The position numbers were made by a program, and so were the translations under genes. From Vulcanimicrobiota bacterium (lineage in GTDB: Bacteria; Vulcanimicrobiota; Vulcanimicrobiia; Vulcanimicrobiales; Vulcanimicrobiaceae), in NCBI GenBank assembly GCA_963695225.1, contig OY968762.1, forward strand, positions 1,760,001 through 1,824,000: a DNA stretch of 64,000 bases. The letters are read 5' to 3'. Position 1 is the stretch's first letter; each line of letters begins with the position of its first letter. This document shows, piece after piece, positions 1 to 9,033 of the stretch. The notes beneath the pieces are model-generated. The model was not told the DNA's origin, searched no databases, and saw nothing but the letters and a program-made list of their open reading frames with translations.

Positions 1-1943
1 CCGAACTCGACGGCCCGCGCAACGAGGGCGAGCCGTCGCCCAAGGAACTTGCCGCCGAACGCGGGATCCGCGGCGAACTCCGGCACGCCCGGATCCTCGC
101 TCGCGCGCCGCCTGATCCGGGCGACCCGAACGTTTGGCTCCCGCTCGCACGCGCGCGGGCCGTCGAGCGGATCCATCGCGAGGTCGAAGAGCCCCAAGCC
201 TCGATCCTTGCCGGCGCGCTCTGGGGGGGACGCGGGACGCTCCCGCCCGACTTGCGCGCGGAGTTCCAAGATACGGGCACCATGCACGTGCTGGTGACGG
301 CGGGCTTGCACCTCGGCGCGGTGGCGGCGCTGACGCTCGCGCTCGCACGGTGGTGCGGGGGCGGGCGGATCGCGGCTTCGCTCGTAACGATCGCCGCGAT
401 TTGGTGCTACGCGCTGCTGAGCGGCGCGCATCTCCCTGCCGTGCGGGCCGCGACGATGCTTTCGTTCGGCCTCGGGCTGCACGCGGCCGGGAGGCGCGCG
501 CTCACCTGGAACGCGCTCGCGGCGGCGGGGACCGCGATCGCGCTAGTCCGGCCGCGCTCCGTCGCTTCGGCCTCGTTCGCGCTTTCGTTTGCGTGCGTCT
601 CGGCGATCCTGCTCTTCGCGGGGCCGATCGCGCGCCGCTTGCGCGCGAGCAGGGTTCCGCACGTCGTCGCCGAGGCGATAGCGTTGACGCTCGCGACGCA
701 GATCGGGACGTGGCCGATCACGGCGGCGACGTTCCTCGTCTTCGCGCCGTACGCGCCGCTCGCGAACGCGCTCGTCGTGCCGGTCGTCGGGAGCGCGCTC
801 GTCGTCGGGCTCGCGGCCCTCGCGGCGAGCCCGCTCCCGCCGCTCGCGCACGCGCTCTACGCCGTCGACGATGCGCTCGTCGCGTGGATCGTCGCCGTCG
901 TGCGCGCGGTCGCGAGCTTGCCGGCGGCGCACGCCGTGATGACCCCCGCCCCGGAATGGGCGATCGCGCTGTATTGCGCCGGGATGATCGCGGTAGCCGC
1001 CGCGCTAGCCCGGGGACGGCGGGGCATCGCGCTCGCGGTCGCGGTCGCGTGCACCGCGCTCGTGCTCTGGCCGCCGCGCGCGCCGCAGAGGGGCGTCGCG
1101 ATCGAAGCGCTCGACGTCGGGCAGGGCGATGCGATCCTCGTGCGGATGCCGGAGGGGCGCAGCCTCCTGATCGACGCCGGCGGCAGACTCGAACGCGGTT
1201 CGCTCGCCGACGGCAGTTCCTCCGCCGAGGCGATCGGCGAGCGCATCGTCGTTCCGGCGCTGATTCGCGCCGGGATTCACCGGCTCGACGTGCTGCTGCT
1301 GACGCACCCGCACGGCGACCACGTAGGCGGCTGCGCGCCGCTCCTGCGGACGCTGCGCGTCGGCGCGATCCTCGACAGCGGGCAAACCTACGGTGGGCAT
1401 GCATATCGCGATTGCCTCGCGGAGGCGCGCGCGCGCCGCGTGCCGGTCCACGTCGCGAGCGCGGGGGAGGTTTACCGGTTCGACGGGGAGATCGCGCTGC
1501 GCATCCTCGCGCCGAGCGCCCCGTATTTCGCCGACGGCCCGAACGATGTGAACGAGAACTCGATCGTCGCGCTGCTCGAGTACCGCTGCCCGGCCTGCAC
1601 GGCTCCGTTGCGCGCGCTCTTCATGGGCGACGCCGGCATCCAATCGGAGGCGCGCCTCCTGGAAGGCGGAATCGGCCTGCACGCGGACGTGCTCAAAGTC
1701 GGGCATCACGGCAGCGCCTACTCCTCGAGCCCCGCATTCGTGCGCGCCGTATCGCCCCGCTATGCGCTCATCTCCGTCGGCCGCGACAATCCGTTCGGCC
1801 ATCCCGCCGCCTCGACGCTCGAAACGCTCCGCTCCGGCGGCGCGCTACTGCTGCGCACCGATACGTCGTGCGCGCAAGCGGTGGAGCTCGAACCGGACGG
1901 GCGCATCGCGCAACGGCAGACGTGTCCGCGCACCGGATTCTGA
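1..1943 (+). CDS. comEC: ComEC/Rec2 DNA internalisation competence protein (5'-truncated by window edge)
   Basis: Frame 3 is open from base 3 (ELDGPRNEG...). Competence-domain motif FQDTGTMHVLVTAGLHLG, many TM helices, and a metallo-beta-lactamase domain (LDVGQGD, THPHGDHVGG, LKVGHHGS, FGHP). Confidence 0.95.
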   Translation, partial: ELDGPRNEGEPSPKELAAERGIRGELRHARILARAPPDPGDPNVWLPLARARAVERIHREVEEPQASILAGALWGGRGTLPPDLRAEFQDTGTMHVLVTAGLHLGAVAALTLALARWCGGGRIAASLVTIAAIWCYALLSGAHLPAVRAATMLSFGLGLHAAGRRALTWNALAAAGTAIALVRPRSVASASFALSFACVSAILLFAGPIARRLRASRVPHVVAEAIALTLATQIGTWPITAATFLVFAPYAPLANALVVPVVGSALVVGLAALAASPLPPLAHALYAVDDALVAWIVAVVRAVASLPAAHAVMTPAPEWAIALYCAGMIAVAAALARGRRGIALAVAVACTALVLWPPRAPQRGVAIEALDVGQGDAILVRMPEGRSLLIDAGGRLERGSLADGSSSAEAIGERIVVPALIRAGIHRLDVLLLTHPHGDHVGGCAPLLRTLRVGAILDSGQTYGGHAYRDCLAEARARRVPVHVASAGEVYRFDGEIALRILAPSAPYFADGPNDVNENSIVALLEYRCPACTAPLRALFMGDAGIQSEARLLEGGIGLHADVLKVGHHGSAYSSSPAFVRAVSPRYALISVGRDNPFGHPAASTLETLRSGGALLLRTDTSCAQAVELEPDGRIAQRQTCPRTGF

Positions 1944-2056
1944 CGACCAATCGTCCTCGCAGGCGCCGGGCGCAGCGGCGATATCTTGGCGCGCGAAGCG
2001 ATCTGCGAACGCCGGGCCTGAATCGGGTTCGCGCTATCCGAGCCGCGACGGCTCAG

Positions 2057-3808
2057 TCAGAGCGCAATCAAACTCGCGCGCGCGTACTGCGCGACGGTGC
2101 CGGCCGCGACCTGAAGCTTCAGTCTGCCGGGCGCCGGCCGATCCACCGGGGCCGAGCCCGCGGCGAACACGTACTCCCACTTGCCGCTGCCGGAATGCTC
2201 GGCGCTCGCGAAGTCCTCCCACGAATCGGTCGTTTGCAGGCGGACCGTCGCACCCGGCGCTCCCGATTTCACCCAGCACCCCGCCGCGTACGCCTTTCCC
2301 GCTTCGAACGTGAAGCCGGGCTGGCCCAGCCACGTCTCCCCGTCGCCCGCATCGATCTCGAGCGCATGCGCGCCGCCGGGTGAGAAGCGCAACTGGTTCG
2401 CGAGCGTCGCAGCGTCGAGGTCGCGTGCGTCGACGGTTCCGGCACCGTCCGGAACCCAGGCCGCCGGACCCGCTCCGTCCCACGCTTCGAAATCGGCGTT
2501 CCGAACGGCGAGTGCCGCCGGCGCGACGGCGAGATCCGCCAGCGCGTTGCGCGTGATCGTCGCGACGGCGTTCGAACCCGCGAGGCCGCCGCCCCAATTG
2601 ACGGTCGCGGCCGTGAAGACCGTGCCGTTGCGCCGGAAGACGCCCATCGTGGCAAAGCCGCCCTTGCCGTTCGGGGCCCAGTCGGTCAGATCGGCGGTGG
2701 CGAGCGGGACGAAATCAGGCGGCGTGCCGTCGGTGCCGAGCGCGCGCGTCCCATCCAGTAGAGCCGCGTCGGTCTCGTAGCCCAAGATCGAATCGTCCAC
2801 GCTCGTGCCGTTCCCGAACTCGTCGCCGCGGGAGAGCCCGGTTCCGCGCAGGAGCGGGTGGCCGGGCGTCACGACGGTGTAGCCCCGAAAGCGCCGCTCG
2901 GGAACGACGGGATCGACCCACCAGCCGGCGCCGTTCCTGTAGCTGACGCCCGTCATGCCGTTTTCGGGGCGCGAGACCGGCGAGTCGTACCACGCGCACG
3001 TAATGCGCTCCGGATCGTCGCGCTGCGGATCGGGCGAACGGCCGGCGTCGCCCTCCTTGTAGCAGACGATCCGGCGCCCGCCGCTCGCGAAGTCGACGCG
3101 TATCTGCCAATAGCACGTGTTCGCGCTGAAGAAGCACGCGTTGCCGCCGCTTGCGATGAACGCCTCGACTTGATCGCGCATCTCGAGCGACCAGTATTCG
3201 TCGTGACCGAGGCTCACGAAGAGCCGGTACGGCTCGAGCAAACGCGGGTCGAAATGCAGATCCAGGCTCGAGCACACGTCGAACGAGATGCCGTTCGACT
3301 CGGCCCACTGCAAGAACGGGAGTTGATAGATCTCGTAGAGCCCGAGGTCGGCGGGGCGATCGAGCGAGATCGCGGGCGCGGGCGGCGCGCTGTAGAAGCT
3401 CAGGCCGCCCCAAGCATTGTAGGCTTGCGCCGTCGTATCGCTGATCTTGAGCAAGATGCGCGAGGGGCCCGGCGTCGTCGCCCGCACCAGGAACGGCATC
3501 GTGCACGACGCATCGCCCGAGGTCGCGATCGCGACGTAGTATCCGCTCTTCCACTCCGCCGGAACGATCGTTCGGCACTGCGGATCCGCCGGCCAGTCGC
3601 AACCTTGCACGGCGAGCGTGGCGTCGTCTTGCGCGCCCGGGGCGAAGGCCGTGCCCCGAGCGCTCTGCAGGACGGTATCGACGAGGCCGCGGCGGCAGAC
3701 GTTCAGCGTGAAGTCGCGATGAGCCGCGTCGGAGCGAACGTGAAAATCGATCGTCTCGCTGGGCGCCGCCGAAACGACCGAAGCGTACCCTTCAAGCGCC
3801 GCTGCCAT
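2057..3808 (-). CDS. N,N-dimethylformamidase beta-subunit family (DUF6605-like) protein with C-terminal carbohydrate-binding-like domain
   Basis: TAQAYNAWGG, SLGHDEYWS, FFSANTCYWQ, GYETD and VFTAATVNW motifs; C-terminal NADFE...W...YAAGCWVK beta-sandwich resembles CBM4/9. Confidence 0.75.
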   Translation of the reverse strand: MAAALEGYASVVSAAPSETIDFHVRSDAAHRDFTLNVCRRGLVDTVLQSARGTAFAPGAQDDATLAVQGCDWPADPQCRTIVPAEWKSGYYVAIATSGDASCTMPFLVRATTPGPSRILLKISDTTAQAYNAWGGLSFYSAPPAPAISLDRPADLGLYEIYQLPFLQWAESNGISFDVCSSLDLHFDPRLLEPYRLFVSLGHDEYWSLEMRDQVEAFIASGGNACFFSANTCYWQIRVDFASGGRRIVCYKEGDAGRSPDPQRDDPERITCAWYDSPVSRPENGMTGVSYRNGAGWWVDPVVPERRFRGYTVVTPGHPLLRGTGLSRGDEFGNGTSVDDSILGYETDAALLDGTRALGTDGTPPDFVPLATADLTDWAPNGKGGFATMGVFRRNGTVFTAATVNWGGGLAGSNAVATITRNALADLAVAPAALAVRNADFEAWDGAGPAAWVPDGAGTVDARDLDAATLANQLRFSPGGAHALEIDAGDGETWLGQPGFTFEAGKAYAAGCWVKSGAPGATVRLQTTDSWEDFASAEHSGSGKWEYVFAAGSAPVDRPAPGRLKLQVAAGTVAQYARASLIAL

Positions 3809-3859
3809 CGTGCGTCGACGTTACGGCATCCGGCCGCTCGGGGTCAAGTGGAGGTAGGC

Positions 3860-4210
3860 CTACTGTTTTCCCTTGACGTTGTTTTCCTGCGTCATCAGAA
3901 GGATCCGGTCGGCATGGCGCTGACCGAGCATCTTCTGATCGTAGAACACCTTGACGTACTGGCCCGGCTTGATCGCGGTCATCTGATACGTGGTCTTGCC
4001 GTCGCTCGAGAAGACCTGATTGAACTTCGGCACGATCAGGAAGCTCAGCGTCTCGTTCGTTTTCGTGTTCGTAACTTTGAGATTGTCACTTGAAACATGA
4101 TTGACGATCCCCGTGAACGTCGCGGAGCCGACCTTGGTTTCCGCATTCGCAGGGGCGTACGTCAGGTTCGGCAGTACCAGCGCAAGAAGAAGGAAAGCGA
4201 GGGCTCTCAT
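3860..4210 (-). CDS. Secreted small beta-rich hypothetical protein (OB-fold/DUF5666-like)
   Basis: Signal peptide ending ANA; FTGIVNHV...IKPGQYVKVFY...ADRI pattern; coding-like codon use. Confidence 0.7.
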   Translation of the reverse strand: MRALAFLLLALVLPNLTYAPANAETKVGSATFTGIVNHVSSDNLKVTNTKTNETLSFLIVPKFNQVFSSDGKTTYQMTAIKPGQYVKVFYDQKMLGQRHADRILLMTQENNVKGKQ

Positions 4211-4354
4211 GGATCCGACCTTTCAAAAGAAGTATTCCGGCGCGGATCTTCCGCTCCGGAGCGGAGAACTCGAGTGCCCCTGCCCGTGACTCCAAGCAAA
4301 GCAAGGGCGGACGGCCGCGGAGCTGCACGGCCGATAATCGGCTCGGCGACTGCG

Positions 4355-4525
4355 TTAGACCCGCACGCCCCGGCCGGTCAGCACGTTGAACACGATCAAA
4401 ACGAGCGCGATGACCAGCAGCAGATGAATGAGCGCGCCGCCGACGTGCAGCGCTAGGCCGGCTATCCAGAAGATGAAGAGTATGACGATGGCCGCCCACA
4501 GAATCCCGAGTATGTTGCCCTCCAC
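4355..4525 (-). CDS. 56-aa membrane protein, lmo0937/DUF5670 family
   Basis: Hand-translated, below ORF-track cutoff: MEGNILGILWAAIVILFIFWIAGLALHVGGALIHLLLVIALVLIVFNVLTGRGVRV; the GGALIHLLLVIA motif is typical. Confidence 0.8.
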   Translation of the reverse strand: MEGNILGILWAAIVILFIFWIAGLALHVGGALIHLLLVIALVLIVFNVLTGRGVRV

Positions 4526-4673
4526 GCTGCTCTAATTCCAACGGGCACGCGCCGCCAAACACGAGCGCATCGCCGCGGCGTCCGTGGTCGCGGCAAGAGG
4601 CCTCAGTTCACGACCGCGCCCGAGCTTCATGAGTCACGGGCAAACTAAGATGGGGAGACGGGAGGGGAGCGCC

Positions 4674-5040
4674 ATGGGAGCGATTCGCTGTGTGCCGGAG
4701 GCGATCGCGGACGGACAACCTCAGGCTCCTTGACGAGCGTTACAGCCTGGCGCAAGCGCGGCCGGCAACTCACAGGCGAGGGCATGCCGACGGGCCTCAA
4801 TACGGTTATCGACGGCGGCGGTGAGACCGGCGGCGGAATCCTGAAGCATGAAGATACCGGGAGCCGCCTCCTCGTCGGTTCCGTACGTGCTCGTTAGCGA
4901 TATCGAGGAGCATAGGAAGAAACCCGAGTCGCTCGGCGCGACGCTGATGGTCCCCGTCACCGACGTCGGGATGGGGAACTACGCATTCTCAGCGATCCGA
5001 CGGGAGCACCGATCGGCCTCCGGCAGCCTTCTGGTTCTGG
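4674..5040 (+). pseudogene. Decayed VOC/glyoxalase-family gene
   Basis: Family motifs are spread over different frames: TVIDGGGETGGGIL, VPYVLVSDIEEHRKKPESLGATLMVPVTDVGMG, then SDPTGAPIGLRQP after a shift; early in-frame TGA. Confidence 0.65.
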
Positions 5041-5233
5041 ATACGGACGCGCGCTCGATGCGATCGCTTCTCTGGAACGCGAGCCAGGGCAGGCAGGCTC
5101 ATCGGCGTATCGAACGCGGCCATGCGTGAGTAGCGATCGGCGGCAAAACAACAGCGTGTCATTGCCGGCTGACGGGCTCCAGCGTCACACGCCGGCGTGC
5201 TTCCTTGTGAATCACGCGCTTGGAGAAGCAACG

Positions 5234-6112
5234 ATGAGCCGAGTTCTGCGCAGCGTGTTGGTTGCGTTTGCTGCGCTTGCAATCATTCTTTCCGCATCTT
5301 TCGTTTCCGCTCAGGAAGACCGCCCCGGGTCGAAGGACTATCCGGGGATCCCTCGCATGCCGGGGTACGTCATCACCGGCTACGAAGACTCACAATTCGA
5401 CTCGTATAGCTTTAAGGTTACTCAGGGGACAAGCGAGAAGCAGCAGACGGTCGAAGGACACCGTTACTTCTTCCGATACGAAGCCGGAAGCGGCGGCGCC
5501 GGGAATACCACCGCGCTGCAAATCGTTCGAAATTATCAGAATGCAGCGCGCGCCGCGGGCGGGCAAGTGCTGCGCGATGCCGGCGGCAATGACGATCGCG
5601 AGACCACGCTTCGCCTGGTCAAAGACGGCAGCGAACTGTGGATCGCCATAGGCACGACGGGTCGTGCACCGAGCCACTACGTCATGTACATCGTCGCGAA
5701 GCAAGCAATGCACCAGGAAGTCACGCTGGATGCGTCCGCTATGGCGAGCGATATCGGCAGCGCGGGGCGGGTCGCCGTGTACGGCATTCACTTCGATACG
5801 GGCAGCTCGGAGCTGAAAGGCGATTCTGAACCTGCACTCGTCGAGATCACGAAGCTTCTCGACCGTAACCCAACCCTGAGAGTGTACGTGGTCGGACATA
5901 CTGACATGACGGCGAGCCTGGCGACGAACGTGCAATTGTCGCAGGCACGGGCTCAGTCGGTTGTCAACGCGCTGGCCGGCAAACACGGCATTGCCGCCTC
6001 TCGACTCATTCCGTTCGGTGCCGGCCCGTATGCGCCGGTAGCGAGCAACAGAACCGAAGAAGGGCGAGCCAAGAACCGAAGGGTCGAACTCGTAGAAATC
6101 GCAGTCAAGTAG
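5234..6112 (+). CDS. Exported OmpA-family peptidoglycan-binding protein
   Basis: GGAG RBS, signal peptide, C-terminal OmpA domain (IHFDTGSS, VVGHTD, LSQARAQSV, GRAKNRRVELV). Confidence 0.9.
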   Translation: MSRVLRSVLVAFAALAIILSASFVSAQEDRPGSKDYPGIPRMPGYVITGYEDSQFDSYSFKVTQGTSEKQQTVEGHRYFFRYEAGSGGAGNTTALQIVRNYQNAARAAGGQVLRDAGGNDDRETTLRLVKDGSELWIAIGTTGRAPSHYVMYIVAKQAMHQEVTLDASAMASDIGSAGRVAVYGIHFDTGSSELKGDSEPALVEITKLLDRNPTLRVYVVGHTDMTASLATNVQLSQARAQSVVNALAGKHGIAASRLIPFGAGPYAPVASNRTEEGRAKNRRVELVEIAVK

Positions 6113-6118
6113 CAGCCG

Positions 6119-6146
6119 GAAGGGCCCCGATAACTCGGGGCCCTTC
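6119..6146 (+). terminator. Perfect 12-bp hairpin after OmpA gene
   Basis: GAAGGGCCCCGA-TAAC-TCGGGGCCCTTC just downstream of the stop codon; weak U-tail. Confidence 0.65.
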
Positions 6147-6290
6147 GCTCTTATCGCCGCCTCTGCACTATCGCATTGCGCGCGTTCTTCGAGGCCTCGG
6201 CGCCGAGCGCGGGCTACCGATCGGCAGAGCCTCGTCCTCGCGGTCTATCGTGCGGCGCAGAAAGGAGGGCCGATCGGCGATATCCTCCTG

Positions 6291-6845
6291 TTGAGCAACG
6301 CGATCGCGCACTGCACGCCGTACGTCGGCTCCATCGAGCGCTTGAATCCCGTCTCGACGTTCGAGCGAGAATCCGCTCCGCGTGCCGTCGGTCCGGGCGG
6401 TATCGCGATCGGCGATGCGAGCGCATTCGCCGGAACGTTCGAAGCAGCGAGAACGCGCCACGAATGCACGCTCGGCATCGCGGCGCACAACGACGACTTC
6501 TCGGCACGCCGGCTTCCGATCCTCACCGGATATCGCTTCTTCAACGCGCGAAACGGGATGCAATTCGTTCCGGCCGATCCACGCTTGCGCCCCGTCGAAG
6601 AGTACAAGGTCCACTTCGATGCATCGATCGAGAACCCGATCTTCGACCGAGGGGTCGTCGAAGGGCGCGATCCGATGCAACGCCTGCTGACGGAAGATTC
6701 CGCCGCGGTCGTCGTGCGCTGGCGCGACGGGCAGCGAGCGGGCGCGCGCGAGTTCCTCCTCTTCGTCACCGCCGGATTGTTCGCGATCTGTCCCGCGATG
6801 CTGCTCGAACTCTGGAAGCCGCGCCTCATCAAGCCCGATCCATAG
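6291..6845 (+). CDS. Hypothetical protein or 5'-truncated gene remnant with C-terminal TM helix
   Basis: Open frame ending in hydrophobic FLLFVTAGLFAICPAMLLELW; no convincing start or RBS. Confidence 0.35.
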   Translation: MSNAIAHCTPYVGSIERLNPVSTFERESAPRAVGPGGIAIGDASAFAGTFEAARTRHECTLGIAAHNDDFSARRLPILTGYRFFNARNGMQFVPADPRLRPVEEYKVHFDASIENPIFDRGVVEGRDPMQRLLTEDSAAVVVRWRDGQRAGAREFLLFVTAGLFAICPAMLLELWKPRLIKPDP

Positions 6846-6889
6846 GAGCGAAAAAGGAACGCGCTCGGCCGATCAGAAGACCGAACCTG

Positions 6890-7030
6890 TTCGCGTGCGC
6901 GGGAAGCCGGTGTGAAGCCGGCACGGTCGCGCCACTGTCAGCGGGGAGCCGCCGGGCGTCACGGTCTTCGGATTCGGAAGGCGTGCGGCACATAGGCTAA
7001 GATCCGCGGAGTCAGGATACCGACGCGCGA
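6890..7030 (+). ncRNA. Cobalamin (B12) riboswitch
   Basis: GGGAAGCCGGTGTGAAGCCGGCACGGTCGCGCCACTGT core at 6901-6938, B12 box GAGTCAGGATACC near 7009-7021, closing stem TCGCGT/ACGCGCGA; lies directly upstream of a TonB-dependent receptor. Confidence 0.92.
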
Positions 7031-7075
7031 GCCAACGCTCACACTTCAACCTCGCGAAAAGGTTTGTGTCTCCTG

Positions 7076-8998
7076 ATGAAGATCTCACGCGCCGGCGCTT
7101 TCGCCGCGCTTTTCCTTGCTGCTTGCGCCGCCGGCGCGAACGCCTCGCCGGCTCCCCAGGCTTCGCCGGCTCCTTCGCCTTCCCCGACGGCCTCCGCGAC
7201 GCTGCCGGAGATCGGCCGCGTCTTCACGAGCGATCGCCGCTCGGAGCCGATCGCGAACACCACTCGCCCCACATTCGTCGTCGATCGCCGGACGATCGAG
7301 GCTTTCGGTTCGCGCAGCGTCTCCGATGCGCTCGAAAGCGTCCCGGGCCTTAACGTCTTCTCGTACGGCGCCTTCGGTTCGACGGCGAACGTCGGGATTC
7401 GCGGCACGACGTCGACGCAAACGCTCGTGTTGCGCGACGGCATTCCGCTCACCCTCGGCACGCTCGGTTCGTTCGATCTCGGCTCGCTCTCGACGATCGG
7501 CATCGGGCGCATCGAAGTCGTCGAGAGCGGCTCCTCGACGCTCTACGGTTCGAGCGCGTCGGGCGGCGTCATCAATCTGATCTCGGCGCCGCAGGCCGCG
7601 CAGCCGTACGTCCGCCTCTCGACGGGGACGCTCGGCGATACCGATATCGCCGCCGAAGCGGGGACCGGCGGGCTCGCCGTCTCGCTCGAACGGCACGTCG
7701 CCCGCAACGAATACGATTACCCGGCCTTCGGTTTCCCCGGAACGGCGGCTCAGCCGGCCGGGACGCGCGCGAACGGCGACGCGCTCGAAAGCGCGGTGCG
7801 GCTCTCGTATACCGCGAAAATCGCCGAGGGCTGGACGGCCCGCCTCTCCGGAGGCAGCGATACGGCGCGCCTCGGCGTGCCGGGGTCGCTCGCGTTCGGC
7901 GCCACGCCCGATAACCGGCAAGAGACGGCGCGCAGCGACGCGCAACTCGACCTGACGCGCGCGCTCGGCGGAGGCACCTTCTCGCTCACGCTCGCAGGCT
8001 CCGCGCAACGCCTCGCGTACGTCGACCGCACGGCCTTCGGCGGCGAGAGCGATACGTTCGACAGCCGCACGCAAGCGTCGTTGCGTTACGCCGCGTCCGC
8101 CGCGAAGAGCGATCTCGTCACGGGGATCGACCTCGCGCGCTCGAGCGCCGCGCTCTCGAGCGGCGGGGCCTTCGGTTTCTCACCGTTCGGCGTCGCGCAG
8201 TCGCAGGCGGCGGCGTACGCGCAGTTCGGTTACGCTCCCTCGGCCTCGACGCGCGTCACGTTCGGGTTGCGCGGCGAGAACGATTCGCCGCGCGCCGGGG
8301 CGCTTGCGCCCTCGCTCGGTGCGCGCGTCGCCGTGGGGCAGGCGCTCGTCAGCGCAAACGTCGCGGAATCGTTCCGCGTCCCGTCGATCGACGAATTGTA
8401 CTTCCCGGGGTTCGGGAATCCCAATCTCTCGCCGGAGCGGCTCTCGAACTACGATCTCACGCTCGCATTCCCGTCGTTCGCCGGCGGGATCTCGCTCGGC
8501 TACTTCGGACGGACCGGAACGAACCTGATCGCGACGGTCTGCGACGCGAGCTTCAACTGCCTGCCGGTCAACGTCGATCGCTCGGCTCTGAACGGCCTGC
8601 AACTCACGGCGAACACGCGCCCGTACCATCACGTCCGCGTCACCGCAAGCGCGACGAATCTCTATCGCGCGAACGGATTCGACGGCACGAACGTTGCCGG
8701 CCGCCTGCCGAGCACGCCGCCGCTCGTCGCGACGCTCGGCTTCGAACGCGGGTTCGACGGCGGCGCGCTCGCCTACGGCGCCCGCGTGCGCGTCGTCGGT
8801 TCGCGTCAAGCCGACGGTCCGATCCAGCCGAACCCGTACGACGGCTACACGAAAGCCGATGCCTACGTGCGCTATCGCTTCGCGAGCCACGCGGTCGCCT
8901 CGCTGCGCGTGAGCGACCTCGGCAACGAACGGTACGAGCCCGTCTACGGCTATCCGGCTCCCGGCCGCACGGTCACGCTGGAGTTCGCGACGCGCTAG
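7076..8998 (+). CDS. btuB: TonB-dependent cobalamin receptor (BtuB-like)
   Basis: Signal peptide, plug motifs (ALESVPG, IRG, IEVVESGSSTLYGSSASGGVINLIS), barrel motifs (FRVPSIDELY, GNPNLSPE, YPAPGRT); B12 riboswitch upstream. Confidence 0.88.
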   Translation: MKISRAGAFAALFLAACAAGANASPAPQASPAPSPSPTASATLPEIGRVFTSDRRSEPIANTTRPTFVVDRRTIEAFGSRSVSDALESVPGLNVFSYGAFGSTANVGIRGTTSTQTLVLRDGIPLTLGTLGSFDLGSLSTIGIGRIEVVESGSSTLYGSSASGGVINLISAPQAAQPYVRLSTGTLGDTDIAAEAGTGGLAVSLERHVARNEYDYPAFGFPGTAAQPAGTRANGDALESAVRLSYTAKIAEGWTARLSGGSDTARLGVPGSLAFGATPDNRQETARSDAQLDLTRALGGGTFSLTLAGSAQRLAYVDRTAFGGESDTFDSRTQASLRYAASAAKSDLVTGIDLARSSAALSSGGAFGFSPFGVAQSQAAAYAQFGYAPSASTRVTFGLRGENDSPRAGALAPSLGARVAVGQALVSANVAESFRVPSIDELYFPGFGNPNLSPERLSNYDLTLAFPSFAGGISLGYFGRTGTNLIATVCDASFNCLPVNVDRSALNGLQLTANTRPYHHVRVTASATNLYRANGFDGTNVAGRLPSTPPLVATLGFERGFDGGALAYGARVRVVGSRQADGPIQPNPYDGYTKADAYVRYRFASHAVASLRVSDLGNERYEPVYGYPAPGRTVTLEFATR

Positions 8999-9033
8999 GA
9001 AATCATGAAGCGGGATCCGTGCGGGCTTGCGCC

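Noticed and set aside
134..2383. Long Arg/Ala-rich alternative ORFs here and throughout (e.g. 8180-10588, 23854-25926, 55711-57591)
   Set aside because: Expected stop-poor shadow frames in high-GC DNA overlapping well-supported genes.
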